Shown one piece after another: positions 49,341 to 60,342 of a DNA stretch of 64,000 bases. Positions within the stretch are counted from its first letter, which is position 1. The number at the start of each line of letters is the position of its first letter. This DNA is from an uncultured delta proteobacterium (GTDB lineage: Bacteria; Desulfobacterota; Desulfobacteria; Desulfobacterales; Desulfatirhabdiaceae): the NCBI GenBank assembly GCA_963789395.1, contig CAWBKP010000012.1, forward strand, positions 192,001 through 256,000, written 5' to 3'. Below the pieces are notes generated by a model. That model was not told the DNA's origin, ran no database searches, and saw only the letters and a program-made list of their open reading frames with translations. A program made the position numbers and the translations under genes.

Positions 49341-50175
49341 ATGAGAATCAAATCGTCGTTGCTGAAGTCCGCCATCACACTTTTTCTGATTTTCTGTTTT
49401 ATTTCGCCGGCCCTTGCCGGGGATTTGGAAAACAAACTTGCAGCAGAAAGCACCATCGAACAGGTCATGAAACGCGGCGTGCTCAAGGTCGGAATGTCCA
49501 CCTTTGTTCCCTGGGCCATGAACGACAAAAGCGGGCAACTCGTGGGATTTGAAATTGATGTGGCCAAACGTCTGGCAGCCGATATGGGCGTCAAGGTCGA
49601 ATTTGTTCCGACCAAATGGGCGGGAATCATTCCTGCCCTGCTGACGGGTAAATTTGATGTCATCATCGGTGGTATGTCGGTTCAACCGGGACGGAACGCA
49701 GAAAGTCAATTTCAGTATTCCTTACGATTACACCGGACAGGCCATTGTGGCCAACAAACAACTGGCTTCCGGATTCAAAAGCCTGGACGATTTCAACAAA
49801 CCGGACGTCACGATTGCCGCCAGACTGGGATCCTCCTCGGTTGCCACTGTCAAGCAGTACATGCCCAAAGCCAAGCTGACACTCTTTGACGACGAATCCC
49901 AGGCTTATCAGGAAGTCATCAACGGCAAAGCCCATGCGATGGTGGGTTCTGCCCCGACGCCGGCATTCCAGGCCCTGAAATATCCCGAAGTCCTTTTCAT
50001 CCCCATCGAAGGGACGTTTACCAAAGAACCCATTGCCTTTGCCGTTCGAAAAAGCGACTATGACACCATCAATTATTTCAACAACTGGATAACTGTCGTT
50101 GCTTCCGAAGGCTGGCTGAAAGAAAGAAAGCACTACTGGTTTGAAACCAAGGATTGGGAATCATCCATTCAGTAA
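49341..50175 (+). CDS. Polar amino acid ABC transporter substrate-binding protein, one frameshift near 49690
   Basis: Signal peptide, GFEIDVA, WAGIIPALLTGKFD, then KVNFSIPY in ORF 49654..50175; RBS aggagg. Confidence 0.9.
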
Positions 50176-50185
50176 TAAAGCGGGG

Positions 50186-50250
50186 GCCTGAACGGAAAAT
50201 CCGTTCGGGCCAAATCCGAAATCCGAATATCGTAATACGAAACAAATTCA
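50186..50250 (+). repeat. Hairpin plus heptamer-array element
   Basis: gcctgaacggaaaatccgttcgggc-c-aaatccg-aaatccg-aatatcg-taatacg-aaacaaatt; homologous to 36541-36600. Confidence 0.7.
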
Positions 50251-50347
50251 ATACGCCAATATCTAAACTGTTCTGCCGGCACCCAATCCGGGACTTGGGA
50301 GCCGGCAGATCTTCAATCGTTCTCAGAAATCGGTCAATTTTTGTTTT

Positions 50348-52434
50348 TCAATTCCCTTCCGTTTCCAGCTTTTCGATGCGCACCGGCACGGCTTTCAGAA
50401 GGGGAAACCCGCTGATGGGATCATTGATGTGATCAAAGGTGACAAAATTGATCCGCCAGTCTTCCCAGCCATGATAGACTTCGATGACCCCCCGGAGCAG
50501 TTCCGCCCTGTGGACGATCCTGGCTTCAATGACCAGGGAGCCGGCTTCAGAAACTATCCGGACCTGTTCCCTGTTCACAATTCCCAGAAGCGATGCGTCA
50601 TCCGGGTGGATTTCAACCTCCGCAGTGGTATGTACCCTTCTGAACCGCTCGATATTCTGATGCCGGGAATGGTAAAACAGCGTCTTGCGGGCTCCTGTCG
50701 TCAGCAGCAGCGGATAATCCGCGTTTTTGTGGCGCAGGTGATAAGGCGGCAAATACTCGGGAATCTCGGAAAGGCCCAGTTTTTTCAGATAGGAGGAGGC
50801 AAACTCCACCTTGCCGGATGGGGTGGGCAGTGGCTTGAACCGGTATTTCTGATAGCGACAGCGCCTTGTATTGAATGCCTTCGGGATCGTGCCTGAAGCG
50901 CTTCCAGCCCGATTCCGGACGGCTCCAGGATGTAGCGGTTCACCTCGGTTTCGTTTTCCCACGGAAAATAGCGCTCCCCGAATCCCAGCCGCCGGGCCAG
51001 GTCTTTCCAGAGCATGTATTCATCACATACGCCGGGTATCTGGGCAACCCGGGCCGTCAGATAAACGCGCTGGTGCTTGTGGTTGATATGAATCTCGGAG
51101 CGTTCCAGATAGGAGGCTGCCGGCAGAATATAATGGGCAAGCCGGGCCGTTCGGGTCATGAACAGGTCGTTGACCACCAGAAGATCCAGGCAGGACAGCG
51201 CCGCCTCGACTTTTTGCGTGTTGGGATTTGTCACCGCAGGGTTGGCGCCGGTAATGACAAGTCCTTTCAGGGGATATTCGCCAAGACCCATCATATAGTC
51301 CATGGCCGTCATGGTATGGCATTCCTTGCGAATGTCATAGAGCACCGGAAACAGATCCGCGCCGATGGGTCTTTCTTTTTCAAGCGGCAGTTCCTCATAC
51401 AGGGTCAGGTCGCGCCGGTGCAGGGTTTCCGGCCAGCCGAACCCGCACTCGATATCCAGTGCCCCGCAGAGACAGGACAGAATAGCCAGCGCGCGAATGT
51501 TGTTCACGCCGTTTTCATGGTGCTCCAAACCGGCGCCGACATAAAGGCTGACCTTCGGACGGTTTTTATTTATCAGCTCGGCCATTTTTACCACGACATC
51601 CGCATAGACACCGGTTTTTTCCTCCACGGCCTGCGGGGTAAAGGCTTCGGCGTATGCAGCGATTTTATCCATGCCGATACAGTATCGCTCAACAAAAGGC
51701 CGATCATACCCGCCTGTCCGGATCAGTTGGTGAATCAGGCCCCAGGCCAGGGCCCCGTCGGTTCCCGGAAGGGGCTGCGCGAAAATATCCGCGTAACAGG
51801 CAATGGGATTCAGGCGCGGGTCCACCACCACCAGATTTGCCCCCCTGGCCCGTGCGTCGGCAAATTCGGCCATGAACGGCGGATGACATACCGGCGGATT
51901 GGTGCCAAACAGCAGAATCAGCCCGGCGCTGGAATAGTCCGGAAAAGGATTCCAGAAACCGGCAACCAGATAATGCCCCAGATACCGGCTGTTAAAGCAG
52001 GCGGAATCATTGGAAAAATAATTCGGCGTTCCAAAGGCGTGCGCAAAACGGCGCACATATTCCTCCTGCTGCAGAAATCCGACGGCCTCGCCCTTCCACA
52101 CGCCGACAGAACGGGCCCCGAAATCGTTCTTGATGCGAAGCAGTTTTTCGGCGATTTCATCCAGTGCCTGATCACGGGAAATTTCGATAAAATCGCCATT
52201 TGCCTGACGCTTCAATGGCTTTAAAATCCGGTCGGGATGATAAAACATATCCAGGGCCGCATTGCCGCGCGGGCACATCCGTCCCTGATTCACGGGATTT
52301 CCATCCGCCGGCGTGATGTCCGTCATGACACCGTCTTTTATGTGAACATCGATGCTGCAACGCGTGTCGCACATGCGGCAAAGGGTTCTCACCACTCCGT
52401 TTTCACAAACTGTCTTAACCGTCACTTGCATCAT
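50348..52434 (-). CDS. Mo/W-bisPGD oxidoreductase catalytic subunit, acetylene-hydratase-like, one frameshift near 50880
   Basis: CRMCDTRC...CPRG [4Fe-4S] motif, HPDRILKPL, VVDPR, PGTDGALA, DLFMTRTA..ILPAA..LE, TPSGKVEF, EIHPDDA, DPISGFP; no Tat signal. Confidence 0.88.
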
Positions 52435-52912
52435 CCTTACCGAACGGAACCGCCCGGATGCCAAGCCGTAAATCCGTCCGTTTGCGCTTGAGTTCCGCCA
52501 GTTCATTGATGCTGCCGAAATGAAGGGCCTTTGCCATGCAGACATCAACGCACCGGGGATGGCCGCCGCACAAATCGCATTTGGACGCCACACGCTGCAT
52601 GCCATCAAGTTGAACGCTGCCGAAGGGGCAGGCCACCACGCACAAACCGCAGCCGATGCACCTGGTTTTATCAACCACCACGGCATGGGTCTTTGCATCC
52701 CGGCTGAGGGCTCCGGATGGACACACCTTCATGCACATGGCCACTTCACACTGCCGGCACGTGACCGTAAAAATCCGTCTCAGGTCCATGTCCACATGAA
52801 CGAAGATATTGGCTGCATTGCCCTGGTGGGCTTCGGCCTGATGAAAAAAACAGACCCGCTCGCAACTCAGGCAAGCAATACACCGGTCGATTTCAATAAA
52901 TACGACGTTCAT
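52415..52912 (-). CDS. 4x[4Fe-4S] electron-transfer subunit (DmsB/CooF-like)
   Basis: CIACLSCERVC, CRQCEVAMCMKVCP, CIGCGLCVVACP, KCDLC...CVDVC. Confidence 0.9.
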   Translation of the reverse strand: MNVVFIEIDRCIACLSCERVCFFHQAEAHQGNAANIFVHVDMDLRRIFTVTCRQCEVAMCMKVCPSGALSRDAKTHAVVVDKTRCIGCGLCVVACPFGSVQLDGMQRVASKCDLCGGHPRCVDVCMAKALHFGSINELAELKRKRTDLRLGIRAVPFGKDDASDG

Positions 52913-52922
52913 GTCGCTTCCT

Positions 52923-54508
52923 TTAAGAGGTAAAGCATAGAGAAGAATGCGGGCATGTCAATTTCAGGACGCCGACAGCGTCTTCGATTGCCCGCAACAG
53001 GGTTCCGGATCGGATCAGCGACACCATGTGCCCGATATCTGTCGCCAGCACCCGGTCCTCATCCAGAAACGGAATTATTTCGCGGATCATCCGGTACGCC
53101 ACGCGGGTCCCCTCTCCTGCCGCAAGACGCTGCTTTTCGGTCAGTAGATCATAGGCCTGGGCCGCGCACAGCATTTCAACCGCCAGGACATGCTCCACAT
53201 TGTCAAGAATCTCCCGGCACTGGCGGATGGCGATCGTACCCATGGAAACGTGATCCTCCTTGTTGGCGGATGTGGGAATCGAATCCACGCAGGCCGGATG
53301 CGCCAGGACCTTGTTTTCCGAGACCAGGGCCGCGGCCATGTACTGGGCAATCATGAATCCGGAATTGAGCCCGCCGTTTTTGACCAGAAATGCGGGCATC
53401 TCGCTGAGCTGCGGGTTGACCAGCCGCTCGATTCGCCTTTCAGAAACATTTCCCAGCTCGGCAATCCCCATGGACAGGTAGTCGGCCGCCATGGCAATGG
53501 GCTGTCCGTGGAAGTTGCCGCCCAGACGGATCTCTTCGGTATCCGTAAATATCAGCGGGTTGGTGGTGGTCGAATTGATTTCGATGTTCACGACATTTCC
53601 GGCGTGAATCACGGCGTCCTTGCTGGCCCCGTGAATCTGGGGGGAGCATCTTAATGTATAAGCATCCTGCACTCTGGCGCAACCCTGCATGGGAAAGGAT
53701 AATCTGGCTGTTTTGGGTCAACCGCAGCATATTCCCGGCAGAGGCTATCTGCCCGGGATGGGGCCGTACCTGATGAATCCGGGGGTCAAACTCGGAACTG
53801 CTACCCATGAGCACCTCAAGGCTCATGGCGCAGGCCACATCCGCCAGCTTTGCCAGTCGGACGGCATCATGCACAACAAGGGCCGCAATACCGGTCATCA
53901 CCTGGGTGCCGTTGATCAGTGCCAACCCTTCGCCAGCCTCCAGAACCAGCGGCGTCAAGTCCGGCCTTCTTGAGGGCCTGGGCGCCATTCATGCGCTCTC
54001 CCTGAAAAAAAGCCTCGCCCATGCCGATCAAAACCAGGCCGAGATGGGCTGTGGGTGCCAGGTCGCCGCTGGCGCCAACAGATCCTTTTTCCGGAATCAC
54101 CGGCGTTACGCCGCGATTTAAAAAGGTCACCAGATGGCTGAGGGTCCGGTTGGTGCAGGCGGAGTATCCCATGTAAAGATCGTGGAGACGAATGGCCATG
54201 ACGGCGCGGACCACATCTTCCGGAAGCGGGTCTCCGACGCCCGCGGCATGGCTCATGAGAATCTTCTGCTGCAGGGCGCGCGTGTCAGCTGCGGATATCG
54301 TGACGTTGCACATGGCGCCAAAACCCGTGGTAATGCCGTAGATCACTTTTTCTTCCCGGACCCACCTGGCAATGAGCTCCGCTGCTTTTTCAACACGCGC
54401 AATGCCTTCCGGAGAGACGCAGACCGGAACACTGCCGCGGGAAATCGCCACCACGTCATCGATGGTTATCGTTTCTTTGTCAATTTCGATAGGATGCATA
54501 GTGTGCAA
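52923..54508 (-). CDS. hutH: Histidine ammonia-lyase, two frameshifts
   Basis: YGITTGFG, SHAAGVG, GSVGASGDLAP (MIO ASG), EGLALINGT, QDAYTLRC, GNFHG, NSGFMIAQY, EDHVSMG. Confidence 0.92.
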
Positions 54509-54530
54509 CTCTTCCTTCAGCCTTCGGTCT

Positions 54531-55173
54531 TCAGCTTTCAGCTTTTATTAAAGCTGCATCCACCATTAGTTCGACTTCATCAATGGACGCATCGATTCTT
54601 GACAAAATCAAGGCAACTTCCGTGCGGCAGGTTGCCGCAAAAACCGGATCTGCGATCCCACCCAAATTGATGCGCACGTTGTAGGCCGCAGCATACGCGG
54701 CAGTTCGAACCAGTTGGGCGGCGGTGCCGGCATCGGTGATGCAATTGACATTTCCTTTTTCCACCGCCTCTTTTACATGATCAGCCAGTTTCAGGGTATG
54801 CTGCAGAGTTTCCAGAGGGACCTCTGCGGCCTTCCGGTTAGCCAGCTCAATGGCTGTTTTTCGTGCCGACTTTTCTTCCGCGGTTTCCCTTGGCAGCCGC
54901 ATTGCGGCTACAACCTGATTATAGGCCTGGGTATCCGCATCCATCAAGCGCGACAAAACATTCAGCCAGAGGATCCGCCTGTTGCATCAGACTTTCCATA
55001 GCCTCCCAGCCGTCGCGGTATTTTTCCTTGCCATGGGTCAACCTGGCCACCATGGCGCAAAGTGCCGCGCTCAGCCCGCCGCAAAGGGCCGCAACACTGC
55101 CACCGCCGGGCGCAGGTGTAACAGAGGCCAGTTCCCGTAAAAATTCAGACACGGTCAAATCCGCAAGTTTCAT
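54531..55173 (-). CDS. Formimino-THF cyclodeaminase/cyclohydrolase family protein, one frameshift near 54950
   Basis: PAPGGGSVAA, DADTQAYN, AAEVPLE, GNVNCITD, NVRINL. Confidence 0.88.
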
Positions 55174-56434
55174 CTGGCATTCCTTTCTGTGTTTATCTTT
55201 TCCCCTTTTTTAAATATCGCAACAACCGGCGAAACCCCGGCATGATACGCCAGAATGGCCGGGGACTCACCGTCCAGAATCAAAAAATCCGCCTGCTTTC
55301 CCTCAACCAGACTGCCGACACGATCAGCCATGCCGATGGCATGGGCGGCATTCAAGGTGGCGGCTGTCAGGGCTTCTTCGGGCGTCAGCCCCATATTCAT
55401 CACCGAAAGGCCAAAGACAAAGGGCATGGACTCCGTAAAACAGGACCCTGGATTGCAATCCGTGGCAATGGCAACCGGAACACCGGCTGTCGATCATGTC
55501 TCGTGCCCTGGCATAGGGCTTTTGCAGACTATAGGCAGTTCCCGGCAACAAAACAGCAAGCGTCCCCGACGTTGCCAGTCGCGCAATATTGACATCGCTT
55601 GCCGCAAGCAGATGCTCGGCGGAAACAGCCCGCAGTTCGGCTGCAAGCCCGGCTCCGCCCATGTCATGGACTTCATCGGCGTGAATTTTAAGCCCGAGTC
55701 CCGCAACGCCCGCTGCAGTTAGAATCCTTCGGCTCTGATCCACCGAAAATACGCCGGCTTCGCAGAATACGTCGCAATACCGGGCAATGCCCTGGCGGCG
55801 GACCGCCGGAATCATCTCCGTGATCAGAAGATCGACATACGCATCCGGGGCCTTCCGGTATGCTTCCGGAACCGCATGCGCTCCCATGAACGTGGCCACC
55901 ACGTCAAGCGGGGTCTTGCGGCGGACCTGGTCGATGACCGAAAGCATTTTGAGCTCAGTCGCGGTATCCAGGCCGTAACCGCTCTTGATTTCAAGCGTTG
56001 TGGTTCCGAATCGAAGGGCACACAGCGCATTTTCCAGCGTTGCCGCCAGAAGATCCGCTTCGGAAGTTCTCCGCACGGCATTCACCGACGAGAGGATGCC
56101 GCCGCCGGCCTTCAGAATGTCCAGATACGACGTGCCTTTCAGACGAAGTCCGAATTCCGATTCGCGTCTGACGGCAAAGCACATATGGGTATGGGGGTCA
56201 ACAAACCCCGGGATGACGCACCTTCCCCCGCAGTCCACTTCCTCATCGATTTGCCCGGAGTGCATGATCCGCAAGCACTTCGGACTCGGTGCCCATGCGT
56301 TCGATCAACCCGTCGCAAATCAGCATGGCCCCCTGCTCCAGGCTGCGAATCCGACCCTGGAAAATGCCGGCCAGAGGCTTGCCATTGTCAACAGGCGTAA
56401 AAAAACGCGCATTTCGGATGAGTTTACGAATCAC
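55170..56434 (-). CDS. hutI: Imidazolonepropionase, two frameshifts
   Basis: PGFVDPHTH, GGGILSSV, EIKSGYGL, CDVFCE, HADE, SAEHL, ALTAATLNAA. Confidence 0.92.
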
Positions 56435-57351
56435 CGCTATCTCCCATCATCTCCAGCAGGCGCAGCTCGATCACCTGGCGGGTGTCAAAGCCGGCGATCT
56501 GCATGTAGTACTCGGTGCTGTTTAATAACGCCGCCGCCGGCACCATGCCGTAAACTTCGGTTTCAACGATCTCCACCCCCCAGCGCCGGGCCTCCATGCG
56601 CACAAATTCCTGAACCCGGTAAAGCGGATTCTTCTCGTGATCCACGATATTCAGACTGACCTGCACCATGCCGCGGTCTGCAAGCGGCAGGCCGATGCCC
56701 TTGACATGGCTGAAACCGCCGCCGGATGCGCGCGCGGCATTGGCAATGGCCTTTGCCACCTTCAAATCGCCGGTGTTCAAATTGACGTTAAACGCCACCA
56801 GAAACGGGCGGGCACCGATGACCGTTGCCCCTGCACTGGGATGGAGGAGCGGGCCGGCCCACGTCCGGATGGCGCTCCGGCCGGTTTATCTCGGTTTTCA
56901 AGACTTCGTACTGGCCTTTTCGAATCACTTCCAGTTTTTTCCGATCCGGATTTCGAGCCGCTTCTTCGTAATAATAGACGGGAATGTCCGGTTTCCGCAT
57001 GAAATCGGTTGCCGAATGCATGGGCCAGATCCACGCATTCGGCCATGGTGATGGCTTTGATCGGGGTAAACGGAATTACATCAATGGCGCCGATTCGCGG
57101 ATGCCCGCCCTGGTGCGTCTCCATATCGATATGGCGGCAACGAGACCCTGGCGGCTTCTATCAGGGCATCCTGAATCGGTTCTGGCTCACCGACCAGGCT
57201 GATGACCAGCCGGTTATGGTCCTTGTCCGCGCGGTCATCGAAGAGATAACAGCCCTTTTTGTTCCGAAAACAGCCCACGATGGCATCGATCACCTCAGGC
57301 CGACGGCCTTCACTGAAATTGGGAACGCATTCAATCAACGTACTTGGACAT
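56424..57351 (-). CDS. ftcD: Glutamate formiminotransferase, several frameshifts
   Basis: ECVPNFSEGR, DKDHNR, HQGGHPRIGAIDVIPF, IRKGQYE, AFNVNL, VQVSLN. Confidence 0.88.
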
Positions 57352-59400
57352 AATCATTTCATCCTCTCTTTTCCTAAACTGCAAATCCACAAGCGAGTCG
57401 ATCCACCCTTCATCCGGCACATAGGGGATCGTAATATGGTCGCCGGTCGGGTTGCTGGCATTGTATTCCATGGCAACCGACATGGCATTGGGGTTCCGGG
57501 CCCAGTTGCGGCGGGCCACTCCGCCCATCACATCCCAGGAAAGGGCCGAACGGATGATTTCGTCCACCCGCAGGCTGCCGTCCAGAACCAGCCCGAATCC
57601 GCCGTTGATGGCCTTGCCGATGCCCGTTCCGCCGCCGTTATGAAGCGCCACCAGCGACATGCCGCGGGCGCAGTTGCCGGCAAAACAGTGGGTTGCCATG
57701 TCCGCCGCCACGTTGCTGCCGTCCTTGATATTGGCGGTTTCCCGGAAAGGCGAATCCGTTCCACCCGGATCATGGTGATCGCGGCCGATCATGATGGGTC
57801 CGATTTCGCCGCTTCGGACCATTCGGTTGAAGGCAAGGGCGATATCCACCCGGCCCCTGGCATCCTGATAGAGAATTCTGGCCTGGGTTCCCACCACCAG
57901 CTGGTTCTTCTGGGCATCCCGGATCCAGTTGTAATTGTCCCGGTCCTCGCTGCGGCGGTCCGGATCGATGCAGGCCATGGCCGCCCGGTCGGTCCTGACC
58001 AGGTCATCCGGGTTTCCGCTGAGGCACACCCAGCGAAACGGGCCATAGCCATAATCAAAGATGGGTCCCATGACATCCTCGAAATATGAGGGAAAAATAA
58101 ATCCATCCTTGGTGTCTTTTTTGTTGCGGGCGATTTCCGTAACGCCGGCATCGATATACCGCCTTCATAAAGGCATTGCCGTAATCAAAGAAATATACGC
58201 CGCGATCCACCAGGATCTTGATAAGCTCGTAATGGCGTCGAAGGCTTTTGTCCACCAGCTGGCAGAATTTCTTCCGGTCGCTTGCCAGCATGGCTGTCCG
58301 TTCCGCGAAAGTCAGCCCCTGAGGGACAGTATCCGCCGCCATGGGCCACATGACAGGAAGTCTGATCGGACAGCAGATCGATCGGCACGTTTTCCGCAAC
58401 GGCATATTCCAGCAGATCCACCACATTGCCGCAAAAAGCGATGGAAAGCGGCGTCTTTCGCTTTTACTGGCTGCAAGGGCCCAGTCAAAGACCTGCTTGA
58501 GGTCGGCAGACATTTTTTGCACCCAGCCCTGATCGAGCCGGGTCTGGATCCTGGAGGCATCGACCTCGGCCACGATGGAAACCGCACCGGCAATCTTCCG
58601 CAGCCTTGGGCTGTGCGCCGCTCATGCCGCCCAAGGCCCGAGGAGACAAACAGGATGCCTTTCAGATCTCCGTCCTGCGATGCCTGGCATTTCAGGCGGC
58701 CGGCGTTCAGCAGCGTGTTATAGGTGCCGTGAACGATGCCCTGCGGGCCGATATACATCCATCCGCCGGCCGTCATCTGGCCATAGCTGGACACCCCCAT
58801 CTGGGCCGCCACCTCCCAGTCATCCTCGTTGTCATACACCCCGACCAGCAGGCCGTTGGTAATGATGACCCGCGGATTGTCGGGCTGGGACCGGAACAGC
58901 CCCAGCGGATGACCTGAGGCCATGACCAGGGTCTGGTCTTCGGTGAGAAGTCTCCAGATATTTTTTGATCAGCCGGTACTGCATCCAGTTCTGGCAGACG
59001 CTCCCGGTTTCCCCGTAAGTCACCAGTTCATACGGGTAGAGCGCCACATCAAAATCCAGGTTATTGTCGATCATGACCTGAAACGCCCTGCCAGCCAGAC
59101 ACCGGCCCTTGTAGGCATCCACGGGTTTTGCCTGGATGGCTCCGGGCGGACGGAAGCGGTAGCCGTAAATCCGTCCCCGGGTCATCAACTCGTTTAAAAA
59201 TTCCGGGGCCAGAACCGCATGCTGGCTTCCGGGACATACCGAAGCGCATTTTTCAAAGCCATCCGGGTCTGTTCCTCTGTCAGACGGAAACCGCGATCCG
59301 GCGCCCGGCGGATGCCCTTGACAAAATCCGGCATTTCAGGCAGTTCCGGGTCCAGTTTAATCGTCATGGCATCGAAGATATCATCATTGCTGATCATCAT
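57331..59400 (-). CDS. hutU: Urocanate hydratase, long type, multiple frameshifts
   Basis: IRRAPDR, GRIYGYR, MIDNNLD, PYELVTYG, GQMTAGGWMYIGPQGIVHGT, SDQTSCH, FDYGN, GRDHHD, ALHNGGGTGIG, WDVMGG spread over six or more frame segments. Confidence 0.92.
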
Positions 59401-59431
59401 TGCCCCTTTCACTTTTCAGCGACGTCTAAAG

Positions 59432-59481
59432 CTGTATATACAACACTCAGCACATTAAAATCCAGCAGATTTGGTTGTCAA
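59432..59481 (-). promoter_or_regulatory. hut promoter and HutC-type operator
   Basis: Minus strand TTGACA (59481-59476), TTTAAT 16 bp downstream, then palindrome TGTATATACA at 59433-59442. Confidence 0.8.
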
Positions 59482-59608
59482 CGGGAAAATACCCCTCGAC
59501 TTCAATCCAAATCCCATGTATAAAAATTTAAAAATGTAACAGTTGTAATTCACCACCGTATATCCGACTGTTTTCTTAATCGACTTTCATCCGATCCCAG
59601 CGAACCGA

Positions 59609-60336
59609 ATGACCCCAAAATCTCCCAAATACGAAACCATCAAGCAGTTCCTGATTCATGGCATTTCTTCACGCACCTTCACCGATGCCATTCCATCGGA
59701 AAACCAGCTGGCGCAAAGATTCGGGGTGAGCCGGATGACGGCCAGAAGGGCGCTGGATGAACTTGAAAGAGACGGCTCTGTCGAGCGATATCCGGGCAAG
59801 GGAACCTTTGTCCGAAAGACCCAGCATTATACCCGCGGCTTTTTTCGGGTTCGGCCGTTTCGCAAATGGGCCGAAGACATCAATGTGACCCTGACCACCC
59901 AGGTACTGGAAGCCAGACTGATCGATCCGCCCAAGGATATTGCAGGGAAACTGCAGACCGATGGCCAGGTGGTATTGCTTCGCATTCTGAACTTTTTTGA
60001 CGACAAGCCGGTTCGCTATGCCATCCGCTACCTTGTTGCCGATCCCTGCGCCGGCATTCTTATGGGAGAATCTTGAACAGGAATCGATCCATGACATCCT
60101 GATCAATAAATACCGCCTGCCCCTTACCAAAATCAGCCAGAGCATGACCGCCATCGGCCTTTCGCCCGAACTTGCCCGTCTCTTTCAATGCGGAATCCGG
60201 CTATCCTGTATTTTATTTTCAGCGTCTGACCTATTCCTTCGACAGTCCCATTACCTATGTGGAATACTACATGCGCGGTGAGATGGCCTTTGACGACACC
60301 TTCACGCCGCAGTTGGACCACGCGGATTTTGTGTAA
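59609..60336 (+). CDS. hutC: GntR/UTRA transcriptional repressor (HutC-like), two frameshifts
   Basis: IPSENQLAQRFGVSRMTARRAL...GKGTFV wHTH, then UTRA-like domain; divergent from hutU. Confidence 0.82.
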
Positions 60337-60342
60337 ACCTCC

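Noticed and set aside
50211..50250. Heptamer repeats as a CRISPR array
   Set aside because: Units are 7 bp with no spacers, and there are no cas genes.
50875..52224. Long antisense ORFs (449 aa here; also 44254..45510 and 42095..43006)
   Set aside because: Shadow frames of well-supported genes on the other strand, with no motifs.
50348..52434. Selenocysteine or programmed recoding in the Mo/W enzyme and other split genes
   Set aside because: The breaks are frame changes rather than in-frame TGA at catalytic positions, and no consistent slippery motif was seen.
52923..54508. HutH as an ergothionase (trimethylamine lyase)
   Set aside because: It retains the MIO-forming ASG and the histidase SH motif, consistent with ordinary histidine ammonia-lyase.
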